From positions 716-64,715 of the forward strand of contig JAFAHO010000060.1 in assembly GCA_019237205.1 (NCBI GenBank): 64,000 nucleotides of DNA, read 5' to 3'. The stretch is from Hyphomicrobiales bacterium (GTDB lineage Bacteria > Pseudomonadota > Alphaproteobacteria > Rhizobiales > Beijerinckiaceae). The position numbers and the translations under genes are program-made. This document shows, one piece after another, positions 19,860 to 29,391 of the stretch. The stretch's first letter is position 1. Each line of letters starts with the position of its first letter. A model generated the notes under the pieces. It searched no databases, had not been told where the DNA came from, and saw only the letters and a list, made by a program, of their open reading frames with translations.

Positions 19860-21517
19860 ACCGGCGCGTTCTGCGGGAGATCGCCGAACGCCTTCGCCTG
19901 TTCCTTGAGCTGAAACTTCTGCACCTTGCCGGCAGGGGTCTTCGGCAGGTCGGCGACGGCCTCTACCCGTTCAGGCCAATATTGCTTGGCGACCTTGTGC
20001 TCGGCCATGTAGGCCTGAAGGGAGGGGAGGTCGAGCTTCTGGCCTGGACGCAGGACGACGAAGGCGCAGGCCCGTTCGCCGAGGCGCGAGTCCGGATATC
20101 CCACGAGGGCGGCTGCTAGAATCGCGGGGTGTCTGTAGAGCAGGTCCTCAATCTCGACGATCGGAATATTTTCGCCGCCGCGGATAATGATGTCCTTGGA
20201 CCGGCCGTTGATGCGGATGTAGCCATCGTCGTCGACCACGTAGGCGAGGTCTCCGGTGTCGAACCAGCCTTCGGCGTCAAAGGGCTCCATGTCGGGACGC
20301 TTGTAATAGCCGAGGCACATCTGGGCGCCGCGAACCTTGAGCGGCCCGGTCTCGCCGACAGGGGCCGGCGTCCCGTCCATCCTGACGACCTTGACCGCCA
20401 CGCCTTCGAGCGGCCGCCCGTCGGTCTTCGAGGATTTTTCCAGCGCCCGGTCGGGCTCGGTCAGCGTGCTCGACAGCGATTCCGTCATGCCCCAGAGCGA
20501 GCAGACGCTGAGGTCGAGTTCCCGGTAGACGCGTTCGATGAGGGAAGGAGGAATTGGCGCGCCGGCGCACAGGAACTTACGAAGCCGCTCCGGCTTGGGC
20601 GCGCCCGCGGCGACCGCCTCGCACATGTCGGACAGGAACGTCGCAGCGCCTGCCGAGTAGGTAACGCCTTCTTCCGCCACGATCGAGACGCCGCGCTTCG
20701 GATCCCAGACGTCCTGGAAAATGACGCTGGCGCCGATCTTGAACCCGAGCAGCATCCCGGCCGCGAAGCCCGTCATGTGGCCGAGCGGGGAACAGACGAG
20801 CATGGTGTCGCTCTCGTCGAGCCCGAAACGCTCCGCCAGCGCGACGTTGCAGGCCATCAGCGTATTGAGACAATGCATCACGCCTTTGGGCGACCCGGTC
20901 GTGCCCGAGGTGAACATCAGCACAGCCATTTCATCCGCCGGGAGGGCGCCCGGTTCCCCGACGGGTGGCGGGGGGAGCCGTTCTTCGGCTGCGAGGAGGG
21001 AAGCGTCGAAGCTGTCGGGACCCTCGCCGTCGACGACGACGATATGCGCCAGTTTCGGCAGATCGGGCTTGAGCGACTTCGCCATGGCCTCGTGGTCGAA
21101 GCCGCGGAAGAGCTTGGGAACCACGAAGACCTTCGCCTCCGCGAGGTCGAGCATGTAGCTCAGTTCCCGTTCACGGAAAATCGGCATCAGGGGGTTGACG
21201 ACTGCGCCGACGCGGAACGCGGCGAGGGCGAGAACGGCGAATTCCCACCAGTTCGGCAACTGGACGGAGATGACGTCGCCACGCCGAATTCCCATTCGCT
21301 TGAGGGAGGCGGCGGCTCCGGAAACGCTGTCGCCAAGCTCCGCGTAGGTGAAGCGCCTCCCCTCACGCCGATCCGAGCGATGCGCCAGCAGCGCGAGCTT
21401 GTCGGGCGACTTCGCGATCCATTGCTGGAGGAATTCGTCGTAGTTCCTGTCGATCCAGAACCCCGCCGCCCGCATCGACCGGGCGTGCGCGACAGGATCA
21501 AAACGCGTCTTTGGCAT
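19856..21517 (-). CDS. aliA: Cyclohexanecarboxylate-CoA ligase-like acyl-CoA synthetase
   Basis: QLPNWWEF, VNPLMPIFRERELSYML, FRGFDHEAM, FTSGTTGSPKGVMH, WGMTE, KQYWPER. Confidence 0.82.
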   Translation of the reverse strand: MPKTRFDPVAHARSMRAAGFWIDRNYDEFLQQWIAKSPDKLALLAHRSDRREGRRFTYAELGDSVSGAAASLKRMGIRRGDVISVQLPNWWEFAVLALAAFRVGAVVNPLMPIFRERELSYMLDLAEAKVFVVPKLFRGFDHEAMAKSLKPDLPKLAHIVVVDGEGPDSFDASLLAAEERLPPPPVGEPGALPADEMAVLMFTSGTTGSPKGVMHCLNTLMACNVALAERFGLDESDTMLVCSPLGHMTGFAAGMLLGFKIGASVIFQDVWDPKRGVSIVAEEGVTYSAGAATFLSDMCEAVAAGAPKPERLRKFLCAGAPIPPSLIERVYRELDLSVCSLWGMTESLSSTLTEPDRALEKSSKTDGRPLEGVAVKVVRMDGTPAPVGETGPLKVRGAQMCLGYYKRPDMEPFDAEGWFDTGDLAYVVDDDGYIRINGRSKDIIIRGGENIPIVEIEDLLYRHPAILAAALVGYPDSRLGERACAFVVLRPGQKLDLPSLQAYMAEHKVAKQYWPERVEAVADLPKTPAGKVQKFQLKEQAKAFGDLPQNAPV

Positions 21518-21546
21518 GATCTCCTCCCGGGCTGCGAAGCCAGATG

Positions 21547-21564
21547 TCGTTAAGTAGCGTACTA
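21547..21564. promoter_or_regulatory. Operator motif A upstream of aliA
   Basis: TCGTTAA-GTAG-CGTACTA; minus-strand TTGACG at 21588..21583. Confidence 0.7.
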
Positions 21565-21596
21565 TCTAACGGAAAGCGTTTTCGTCAAGTCGCGCA

Positions 21597-22886
21597 TCAC
21601 TTCCAGCTCTCCGAGCGAAACGCGAAAGGGCCGCCGAGATAGGCGGGAAAGCCGGACTGCGTCACGGCGGCGTAGTCGGCGACGCGCAGCGTTTCCTTGC
21701 TCTGGCCGGCGGCGAGATGTTGTGCTGCGTCATGGATGCGGCGCAGCACCGCGAGCGCCGCGCGTGCGGGCTCGTCGTCGCCCTCGAGCCAATATCCTGG
21801 CTGCTGGCGAATGCGAGGCGGCGCGGCGTTTCCGAGACCGGCAAAGCCGGCGGCGGCCAGCGCCGACGTCGCGCCGCTTGCCTTCTCGACCTCCGCCTTC
21901 ACGAGCGCCGCCGCCGCCTGCACGAGCTCCGGAAGCTCGTGCTTTCGCTCCAACCGCTCGAAGTCCACCCGGCCGAGGAACATGGTCTGGATCATGGCGC
22001 GCGGCTCGGGCCGCAAGATGAGATGGGAGAAGCTCGTCATCTCGCTGCGGATGGCCCCTTCGAAGCTCTGCGGCAGGCCGAACTCGACGCAGTCGAGGAT
22101 GGCGAAGATTGCTGGGTAATGGCCGAGCGAGGCTTCGACCGCCGCGCGCCGGACCGGCTCGAGCGCAGCGCTCACTTCTGCCGGCGCGGGCGACGTCCAG
22201 CCATCGCGGTCCCAGGGCTGGACCGGTTCGGGCGAGCTGAGGAGCCAGGCTTCGGCCGCCGCGATCTCCTCGCCCGGCTTCACGATCCTGTCGGCGACCC
22301 CCGCCTCGACCGCGCGCTCGCCGGCGAGCCGCTTGCCTTCGAGCAGGATGGGCATGGCGCGTTCGACGCCGACGAGGCGCGGCAGGCGCTGCGTGCCGCC
22401 CGCGCCGGGCAGAAGGCCGACGAGCGATTCCGGCAGGCCGATCGCCGCGCGCCTGTCGTTGGTCAAAACCCGGTAGTGGCTGGCCAGCGCAAGCTCGCCG
22501 CCTCCGCCGAGCGCCAGTCCCGCAATCGCGGAAGCGACCGGCTTGCCGCAAGTCTCAAGCGCTCGAAGCGCGAGGCTCATGCGGAAGAAATGATCGTAGG
22601 CCGCACGAAAGCGGTGGGGCTTCGGCGTCGCCATGATCTTGTCGTAGGCAGCCCAGATTTCCGGCAAGTTCGCCCCGGCGCAGAAGCCCGATGTCTTGCC
22701 CGAGCGGATGAGGGCGCCGCGAACGTCCGCGTCTTCGAGCCAGCGCGCAATGAGTCCGATTTCGACGATAGCCGCCTCCGAGAAGACGTTCATCGTCCGG
22801 TCGGGCGCGTCGAAGATGACGTGCGCGAGCCCTCCGTCGGATAACTCGACGCGGAACTCGGTGAGGCCGGGCGGGGGAGAGATCAT
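21597..22886 (-). CDS. Enoyl-CoA hydratase: FadB/FadJ N-terminal crotonase domain without the dehydrogenase domain
   Basis: FCAGANL, GGGGELALA, IGLPE (both Glu present), GHYPA, tail GFPAYLGGPF; no NAD-binding GxGxMG. Confidence 0.82.
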   Translation of the reverse strand: MISPPPGLTEFRVELSDGGLAHVIFDAPDRTMNVFSEAAIVEIGLIARWLEDADVRGALIRSGKTSGFCAGANLPEIWAAYDKIMATPKPHRFRAAYDHFFRMSLALRALETCGKPVASAIAGLALGGGGELALASHYRVLTNDRRAAIGLPESLVGLLPGAGGTQRLPRLVGVERAMPILLEGKRLAGERAVEAGVADRIVKPGEEIAAAEAWLLSSPEPVQPWDRDGWTSPAPAEVSAALEPVRRAAVEASLGHYPAIFAILDCVEFGLPQSFEGAIRSEMTSFSHLILRPEPRAMIQTMFLGRVDFERLERKHELPELVQAAAALVKAEVEKASGATSALAAAGFAGLGNAAPPRIRQQPGYWLEGDDEPARAALAVLRRIHDAAQHLAAGQSKETLRVADYAAVTQSGFPAYLGGPFAFRSESWK

Positions 22887-22896
22887 AGTCGGTCCT

Positions 22897-23826
22897 TTAG
22901 AAAGCGACGCGGTCGCCCCCTTTGAGTTCGAGTATTTCGCGCGCTTCGTCCGGCGTCGCGACCTCAAGCCCGAGGCCCTCGATGATCTTGCGCACCTGGG
23001 TGACCTGGCTCGCGTTCGAAGGCGCAAGCTTGCCGGCGCCGACCCAGAGGCTGTCCTCGAGGCCGACGCGAACGTTGCCGCCCATGGCCGCCGCCGTGGC
23101 TGCGACCGGCATCTGGTTGCGGCCCGCGCCCAGAACCGACCAGCGATAGCTGTCGCCGAAGAGCCGATCCGCCGTGCGCTTCATATGCATCACGTCCTCC
23201 GGATGCGCGCCGATGCCGCCAAGCAGGCCGAAGACCGTCTGGATGAATAGCGGGGGCTTCACCAGCCCTTCGGTGAGAAAGTAATGGAGATTATAGAGAT
23301 GGCTCGTGTCGTAGCACTCGAACTCGTAGCGGGCGCCGGTCGAGTTCAGCGTTTCGAGCGCATAGCGAATGTCCTTGAAGCTGTTGCGAAACACGAGATC
23401 GTGGGAGGCTTCGAGGACTTTCGGCTCCCAGTCGTATTTGAACTCCTTGTAGCGCTTGAGCATCGGGAAGAGGCCGAAGTTCATCGAGCCCATGTTGAGC
23501 GAGGCGATCTCGGGCCTCCACGTCTCCGCTGGCCGGACGCGCTCCTCGACGGTCATGTAAGGCGCGCCGCCGGTCGTGATATTGACCACCACATTCGACG
23601 ATTGCTTGATGCTGCGCAGGAAGGGCTCGAAAGCTTCAGGGCTCTGGTCCGGCCGTCCATCCACCGGATTGCGCGCGTGCAGGTGCACAATCGCCGCGCC
23701 CGCTTCGGCCGCGCCGAGCGCGCTCTCGGCGATCTCCTCGGCCGTCACCGGCAGATGCGGCGACATGGAAGGCGTGTGGATCGATCCAGTGATCGCGCAG
23801 CTGACAATGACTTTCCGCGTGGCCAT
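22897..23826 (-). CDS. Beta-keto acid cleavage enzyme (BKACE / DUF849 / Kce family)
   Basis: CAITGSIHTP, IVHLHAR, SLNMGSMN, FECYD, RVGLED. Confidence 0.9.
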   Translation of the reverse strand: MATRKVIVSCAITGSIHTPSMSPHLPVTAEEIAESALGAAEAGAAIVHLHARNPVDGRPDQSPEAFEPFLRSIKQSSNVVVNITTGGAPYMTVEERVRPAETWRPEIASLNMGSMNFGLFPMLKRYKEFKYDWEPKVLEASHDLVFRNSFKDIRYALETLNSTGARYEFECYDTSHLYNLHYFLTEGLVKPPLFIQTVFGLLGGIGAHPEDVMHMKRTADRLFGDSYRWSVLGAGRNQMPVAATAAAMGGNVRVGLEDSLWVGAGKLAPSNASQVTQVRKIIEGLGLEVATPDEAREILELKGGDRVAF

Positions 23827-23848
23827 GGAGTGTTCCTCTGTTTTGCGC

Positions 23849-25090
23849 TCAGAAACTCGCAGCCAGCTCCGACCATTGCGCGGCCAGCCGGTCGCGATGC
23901 GCCGGCGGGGCGATGGCGACGAGCGCGCGCGCGCGTTCATCGTGATCCAATCCCCGCAAGTCCGCGGCGCCATGTTCGGTGACGACGACGTCCGTATCCA
24001 TTCGGCCGAGTGATACCGGCCCGCGGCCTTCGCCGGGAGCGACGATTCGGCTGACAGCTCCCCGGTTTGCGGAGGCGGCGAGCGCGACGATTCGTGCGCC
24101 GCCTGCCGCGCGGGCGCCGCGCGCAAAATCCGAAGCGCCCCCGGCGCCGGATATCAGGCCGGAAGGCCCGACCTCCGCATAAGCCTGGCCGAACAGATCG
24201 ACTTCTATTGCAGAATTGAGCGTCACGAAATTGTCTATCTCCGCCAGGACTTTCGGCGAATGCGTGTAGGAAACCGGACGGAAGCGGTAGGCGCCGCTGG
24301 CGACGCGATCGTAAAGGCGGCGCGATCCGATCGCCGCGCCGCCAGTGACGCTGACGCCCGGCGCGAGTGCGCCCGCATCCTCGAGGTCGACGACCGCTTC
24401 GGGGATCAGGCCGGAATGGACTCTCAGGTTGCGATGGCCTTTGAGGGCGCGGAGGGCTGCGGTCGGGATCTTGCCGAGACCCATCTGGAGCGTGGCGCCG
24501 TTGGAGGCGAACCGCGCCACCGCTTCGCCAATCGCTCGCGACACGGGATCGTCCGGCGGGTCCCGCTGCTCCAAGAGGTCCTGGTCGGCCTCGATGAAGG
24601 CCGTGAGCGCCTCGAAGGGGATGCCGTGCGGGCCCGCGACCCGGGGCAGGCGCGGATTGATATGCGCGACGCGCACTGGAATTTTGGGCCAAAGTTCGGC
24701 GAGGAAGTCTACCACGGGGCCGAAGCTGCATAGCCCGTCGCCGTCGGGAGGCGTAACCATGAAAAGCGCGGCGTCGATCGGGATTGATCTGAGCCAGTGG
24801 AGAATGTCGCCGTAGCAGAAGGGCAGGAATTTCGTCGCTGCGCCCGCCGCCTTCAACTCCGGCGTCATGAAGAACGTCTCGACCCTGCAGGTAGGGTTCG
24901 CAAGCCAGCTCCGGGTGTTGAGACCGGGAACGAAAATCCCGGTGAAGGTCATCGCGCCGAGAGCAGTTCCGGCGCGGCGGACGGCGTCGCCGAGAACGAG
25001 CGATTCCGCCGAGCAGCTCGAAACGAGGACGCGACCCTTCGCCGGGAGGAGCGAGGCGATGTCGTCGGGATCGAGACGGCGCGGGGCCAT
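23849..25090 (-). CDS. Acetyl-CoA hydrolase / CoA-transferase family
   Basis: LQMGLG, NSAIEVDLFGQ, GAGGASDF, VVTEHGAADLRG. Confidence 0.88.
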   Translation of the reverse strand: MAPRRLDPDDIASLLPAKGRVLVSSCSAESLVLGDAVRRAGTALGAMTFTGIFVPGLNTRSWLANPTCRVETFFMTPELKAAGAATKFLPFCYGDILHWLRSIPIDAALFMVTPPDGDGLCSFGPVVDFLAELWPKIPVRVAHINPRLPRVAGPHGIPFEALTAFIEADQDLLEQRDPPDDPVSRAIGEAVARFASNGATLQMGLGKIPTAALRALKGHRNLRVHSGLIPEAVVDLEDAGALAPGVSVTGGAAIGSRRLYDRVASGAYRFRPVSYTHSPKVLAEIDNFVTLNSAIEVDLFGQAYAEVGPSGLISGAGGASDFARGARAAGGARIVALAASANRGAVSRIVAPGEGRGPVSLGRMDTDVVVTEHGAADLRGLDHDERARALVAIAPPAHRDRLAAQWSELAASF

Positions 25091-25104
25091 GGGTCAGATG
25101 AAGA

Positions 25105-25902
25105 TCACTTCACGAAGGCGTGGAAGTCGGGCTTCCGCTTGCCCATGAAAGCACGCACGCCCTCCTTGGATTCTTCCGTCTCGTAGAACAGCTTCACCGC
25201 GCTGAGCATGGCGAGGCTGATGCCGCGGATGTTCTCGCTGTCGGCGTTGAACGAGCGCTTGGCGAGGGCAAGCGCCGTCGGCGAACGCTCGGCCAGGATG
25301 TCGGTCCACGCCTTCACCGCCGCATCGAGTTCGGCCAGGGGCACGACCTTGTTGACGAGCCCCATCTCATAGGCCTGTTGCGCGGTGTATTGTTCGTTGA
25401 GGAACCACATCTCACGGGCCCGCTTGTCGCCGATGTGACGGGCGAGCAGGGCGGTGCCCCAGCCGGCGTCCACCGATCCGACCTTCGGGCCGACCTGGCC
25501 GAATTTGGCGCTGTCCGCAGCAATCGTCAGGTCGCAGAGCGTGGCGAAAACATTGCCGCCGCCGATGGCGAAACCGTTCACGCGCGCGATCACCGGTTTC
25601 GGCACGTCGCGGATGATGGACTGAAACTCGTCGATGGGCAGGCCGACGATGCCGCGCCCGTCGTATTGTCCCTCATGCGCGCTCTGATCGCCGCCGGTGC
25701 AGAAGGCCTTGTCGCCCGCCCCAGTCAGCACGATCGAGGAAATCGCCTTGTCGTAGCCCGCCATCTGGAAGGCTTTGATCAGCTCCTCCATCGTCTGGGC
25801 GCGGAAGGCGTTGTAGAGCTTTGGCCGGTTGATGATGATCCAGGCCGCGCGATTGTCGCGCTTCTCGAACAGGATGTCTTCGAACGCGGGAGCATCGGTC
25901 AT
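25105..25902 (-). CDS. badI: 2-ketocyclohexanecarboxyl-CoA hydrolase (ring-opening, MenB-like crotonase)
   Basis: AWIIINRP, AGYDK, AFCTGGDQS, YDGRGIVGLP, IRDVPKPVIARV, GQVGPKVGSVD, ERSPTALA. Confidence 0.9.
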   Translation of the reverse strand: MTDAPAFEDILFEKRDNRAAWIIINRPKLYNAFRAQTMEELIKAFQMAGYDKAISSIVLTGAGDKAFCTGGDQSAHEGQYDGRGIVGLPIDEFQSIIRDVPKPVIARVNGFAIGGGNVFATLCDLTIAADSAKFGQVGPKVGSVDAGWGTALLARHIGDKRAREMWFLNEQYTAQQAYEMGLVNKVVPLAELDAAVKAWTDILAERSPTALALAKRSFNADSENIRGISLAMLSAVKLFYETEESKEGVRAFMGKRKPDFHAFVK

Positions 25903-25920
25903 CGTAGTGTCCTCCAGGGG

Positions 25921-26679
25921 TCAGATCATGTTCATGCCGCCGGCGACCGAGATGGTCTGGCCGGTCATGAAGGAGGCGTCGTCGGAGGCGAGGAAGGCGA
26001 CGATGCCGGCGTAGTCTTCCGGTTCGCCCATGCGCTTGAGCGGAATGCCGCGAACCATCGCGTCCTTCCACTTGACGGCCTGCTCGCCTTCGCCGAGCAC
26101 GCTGGCCATCATCGGGGTGTTGGTCGGGCCGGGGCAGACCACATTGAGCAACACCCCCTTGCTCGCGAGTTCGCGCGCGACCGATTTCGTGAAGCTTATG
26201 AGGCCGCCCTTGCAGGCCGAATAGACGGCCTCGTTGCTCGTGCCGACGCGCGCCGCGTCCGAGGCGATGTTGATGATGCGGCCGCCGCCGCGTTTGGCCA
26301 TCAGCGGCGCAACGACGTGATGGGTATTGAGCGGGCCGTATAGATTGATGTGGACGATTCTGTCCCACAGCGCCTTGTCTGTGGTGAGGAAGGGCGCAGG
26401 GCGGTCCCAGCCGGCGTTGTTGACGAGCGTCCAGATCGGGCCAAGATCGGCCTCGACCTTGGCGACTGCCGCCGCCACCGCGGCGTAATCGCCCACGTCG
26501 AGTTCATAGCCCGTGACCGAGCCTTTCGGGGCGAGACGTTCGGTCTCCTTGGCGGCCTCGGGCTTCAAATCGAAGATCGCGACCTTGCAGCCCTCTTCAG
26601 CGAGGCGCAGCGTGAGCGCGCGCCCGATTCCCTGTCCGCCGCCGGTTACGACCGCGACCTTGTCTTTCAGTCCGCGCAA
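25921..26679 (-). CDS. badH: 2-hydroxycyclohexanecarboxyl-CoA dehydrogenase-like SDR
   Basis: NNAGWD, NIASDAARVG, EAVYSACKGG, NVVCPGPT; adjacent to badI. Confidence 0.78.
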   Translation of the reverse strand: MRGLKDKVAVVTGGGQGIGRALTLRLAEEGCKVAIFDLKPEAAKETERLAPKGSVTGYELDVGDYAAVAAAVAKVEADLGPIWTLVNNAGWDRPAPFLTTDKALWDRIVHINLYGPLNTHHVVAPLMAKRGGGRIINIASDAARVGTSNEAVYSACKGGLISFTKSVARELASKGVLLNVVCPGPTNTPMMASVLGEGEQAVKWKDAMVRGIPLKRMGEPEDYAGIVAFLASDDASFMTGQTISVAGGMNMI

Positions 26680-26693
26680 GATTTCCTCTCCTC

Positions 26694-27218
26694 CTAGTTG
26701 AGCGTTTCAATATCCGAGCTCTCGCTCTCCTCTGCTTCAGCGCCGAGAATCTCGAGGAGCGTCTCCTTCAGCGTGCGCAGCGTTTCTGCCGCCTGCTCGA
26801 GCGCGGCCTCCGAAATGCGGCTCAGAATTTCGAGCTCGACGGTCTCCACGCTCTGCCGGATGGCGCTGACCATTTTCGCGCCGGCGCGCGTCAGGTGGAC
26901 CCGTCGCGCGCGGCCGTCGCTCTGATCCATTCGCCGCTCGACGAAGCCGGCGTTCTCCATGCGATCGAGCAGGCCTCCAACGGCCACCTTGGTGAGGTCG
27001 AGATCCGCCGCCAGCGCCGTCTGGGTCATCCCGTCGCGGCGCGAGAGAAACGCCAGCACCCACCATTGCGCGCGGGTGATCCCGAGCGGCTTCAGCGCCC
27101 GATCCACGGCGACGCGCCGCAGCCGGGAGACGTCGTGGATCAGGAAGCCGAAACGAAGCCCCGTGTTGAGGTCCCGCGCCGACGGCTTGTTTTCCGCTGG
27201 GGTAGGCCGCTTGTTCAT
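26694..27218 (-). CDS. MarR-family regulator 2, paralogue of 9993..10469
   Basis: GFLIHDVSRLRR, DRALKPLGITRAQWWVLAFLSR; ATG 27218 overlaps the ACAD stop. Confidence 0.92.
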   Translation of the reverse strand: MNKRPTPAENKPSARDLNTGLRFGFLIHDVSRLRRVAVDRALKPLGITRAQWWVLAFLSRRDGMTQTALAADLDLTKVAVGGLLDRMENAGFVERRMDQSDGRARRVHLTRAGAKMVSAIRQSVETVELEILSRISEAALEQAAETLRTLKETLLEILGAEAEESESSDIETLN

Positions 27219-28387
27219 CCGCGCGAGGACCTCGCTGGCAACCGGCCCTTGAACATGTCGCGCGCGATGATCGTCTTCATCACCTCGACCGAGCCGCCCG
27301 CGATCTTGACGACGCGTGCGTCGGCATAGGCCCGGCAGATCGGATATTCCCACATGTAACCCCACCCGCCGAAGAGCTGGAGGCACTTGTCGACCGCTTC
27401 GCAATGCAGTTCGGAGGTCACGAGTTTCGCCATCGCCGCGTCAACCGGATCGAGCTTGCCGTGCCGGAAGAGGTCAATGCACTTATCGGTGAAGACCCGC
27501 GCCATGGTCGCCCGCGCCTTCAGGTCGGCGAGCACGAACTGGGTATTCTGGAAGTCGGCGATCGTGTGGCCGAAAGCCTTGCGTCCGGCGGTGTAGTCGG
27601 CAGTCCATTCGATCACGATCTCGGTGACGGTCGCAGAGCGGATGGCCTGGGCGAGCCGCTCCTGCGGCAGCTTGGTCATCATGAGCGCGAAGCCTTTGCC
27701 CTCCGCGCCGAGCATGTTGGAAGCGGGCACGCGCACCTGGTCGAAGAACAGCTCAGACGTGTCCTGCGCCTTCATGCCCAGCTTTTCGAGATTGCGGCCC
27801 CGCGTGAATCCGGGCCGATTCGATTCCACCAGGAAGAGCGTCACGCCGCTCGCGCCAGCGGTCGAATCGGTCTTCGTCGCCAGCACGATGACGTCGCAGA
27901 GCTGGCCGTTCGAGATGAAGACCTTCTGGCCGTTGACCAGATAGTGATCGCCGTCGCGGCGCGCCTGGGTGCGCACGGCCTTGAGGTCGCTGCCCGCGTG
28001 GGGCTCGGTCATGCCAAGCGAACCGATCGCCTCGCCCCGGACCATTTTCGGCAGCCAGTGTCGCTTCTGTTCTTCGGTGCCAAACGAAAGAATGTAGGTC
28101 GCGACAAGGTCGGTGTGGATGAGGAAACCGGGGCCGCTCGCGCCCACCCGCCAAAGCTCCTCGAACACCACGACGTCGAACAGATAATCGAGACCCAACC
28201 CGCCATATTCCTCCGGGACCGTGCAACAGAGCAGGCCCTGCGCTCCCGCCTTCAGCCATAGCTCGCGGGGAACGATGCCCTCCTCCTCCCATCGGGCGTG
28301 GTAGGGGACGATCTCCTCTTCGACGAACCGGCGGACCGTTGCGCGCCAGATCTCGTGCTCTTCATTGAACAGGGAGCGTTCGATCAT
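27215..28387 (-). CDS. Acyl-CoA dehydrogenase, long-chain (LCAD)-like
   Basis: MIERSLFNEEHE, MTEPHAGSDL, LPQERL, QLFGGWGYMWEYPI; true start 28387. Confidence 0.9.
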   Translation of the reverse strand: MIERSLFNEEHEIWRATVRRFVEEEIVPYHARWEEEGIVPRELWLKAGAQGLLCCTVPEEYGGLGLDYLFDVVVFEELWRVGASGPGFLIHTDLVATYILSFGTEEQKRHWLPKMVRGEAIGSLGMTEPHAGSDLKAVRTQARRDGDHYLVNGQKVFISNGQLCDVIVLATKTDSTAGASGVTLFLVESNRPGFTRGRNLEKLGMKAQDTSELFFDQVRVPASNMLGAEGKGFALMMTKLPQERLAQAIRSATVTEIVIEWTADYTAGRKAFGHTIADFQNTQFVLADLKARATMARVFTDKCIDLFRHGKLDPVDAAMAKLVTSELHCEAVDKCLQLFGGWGYMWEYPICRAYADARVVKIAGGSVEVMKTIIARDMFKGRLPARSSRG

Positions 28388-28401
28388 CTCTCTCTTCCCG
28401 G

Positions 28402-29304
28402 TCAGGCGCCAGCGGCGCGCTGCGCCTTGTCGCGCTGGGTCGATCGCTGGATGGCCTCGCGCGCTGTACGCCATTGCTCGTCGGTGAGCGCGGTGAGGTC
28501 GGCGAAAGTGCCTGGCCCCGCAAGATGCTGGCCTCCGTCTATGGCGATCGTCTGGCCGGTCAGATAATCGCAGGCGTCGGAGAGCAGGAAGATGATGAGG
28601 TTTTGAAGCTCCCGTATCTGACCGTAGCGCCCCAAAGGCACTGTGTCGGCGCGCGTCGCGGAGGATGACACGTCGGGAATAGGGCTGAGCTTCTCCCAGG
28701 CGCTCTCGGTCGGAAAGGGGCCTGGCGCTGTTGCGTTGAGACGGATGCCGTAGCGCCCCCACTCAACCGCAAGCGACATGGTCATCGCGTGCAGCGCGGT
28801 CTTGGCCATCGCCGACGGCACCACGAAGGCGGATCCGGTCCAGACCCAGGTGACAAGGTTGCTGACCACAGAACCTTTGTGTCCGCCGGCGATCCAGCGC
28901 TTGCCGGCGGCGAGCGTCGCGTGGAAGCTGCCGTCCATCACCGTTGAAGTCACGGCGCGGAAGCCGCGGGGACTGAGGTCTCTTGTAGGCGCAATGAAAT
29001 TCGCGGCGGCGTTGTTGACGAGCCCTGTCAGCGGGCCTTCGGCCCAGATGGCTTCCATCGCGCCTTCGACCTGGTCGGCGTCACGGACGTCGCAGACATG
29101 ATGGGAAGCGGGGACGGCAGCGCCTTCGGAGATTTTCGCAGCCGCCTCTTCGAGCAGTTGCGGGCGGCGGCCACAGATGTGAACCTTCGAGCCCTTGGCG
29201 GCGAGGGCCTTGCCGATCTCAAGGCCAAGGCCGCTCCCTCCGCCGGTCACCAGGATCGACTTTCCGGCAAGCGCGTCTTCGCGAAAGATATCCATACTCA
29301 TCAA
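28402..29304 (-). CDS. SDR, 2,4-dienoyl-CoA reductase-like
   Basis: TGGGSGLG, NNAAANF, GSAFVVPSAMAK, LAVEWGRYGIR; start could be 29301. Confidence 0.82.
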   Translation of the reverse strand: MMSMDIFREDALAGKSILVTGGGSGLGLEIGKALAAKGSKVHICGRRPQLLEEAAAKISEGAAVPASHHVCDVRDADQVEGAMEAIWAEGPLTGLVNNAAANFIAPTRDLSPRGFRAVTSTVMDGSFHATLAAGKRWIAGGHKGSVVSNLVTWVWTGSAFVVPSAMAKTALHAMTMSLAVEWGRYGIRLNATAPGPFPTESAWEKLSPIPDVSSSATRADTVPLGRYGQIRELQNLIIFLLSDACDYLTGQTIAIDGGQHLAGPGTFADLTALTDEQWRTAREAIQRSTQRDKAQRAAGA

Positions 29305-29352
29305 GGCGCGCCTCCCTCGAACCGGGCCGTTTTGGTGATCTGTCGGCCAAAT

Positions 29353-29370
29353 TCGTAAGCATATTTACAA
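29353..29370. promoter_or_regulatory. Degenerate motif A in a divergent promoter
   Basis: TCGTAAG-CATA-TTTACAA; minus-strand TTGACA at 29389..29384. Confidence 0.45.
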
Positions 29371-29391
29371 ACTCCGCAAAAGCTGTCAAGG

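Noticed and set aside
26694-27218. Naming MarR-2 badR
   Set aside because: The position fits, but the sequence does not resemble R. palustris BadR as I recall it beyond the generic MarR fold.
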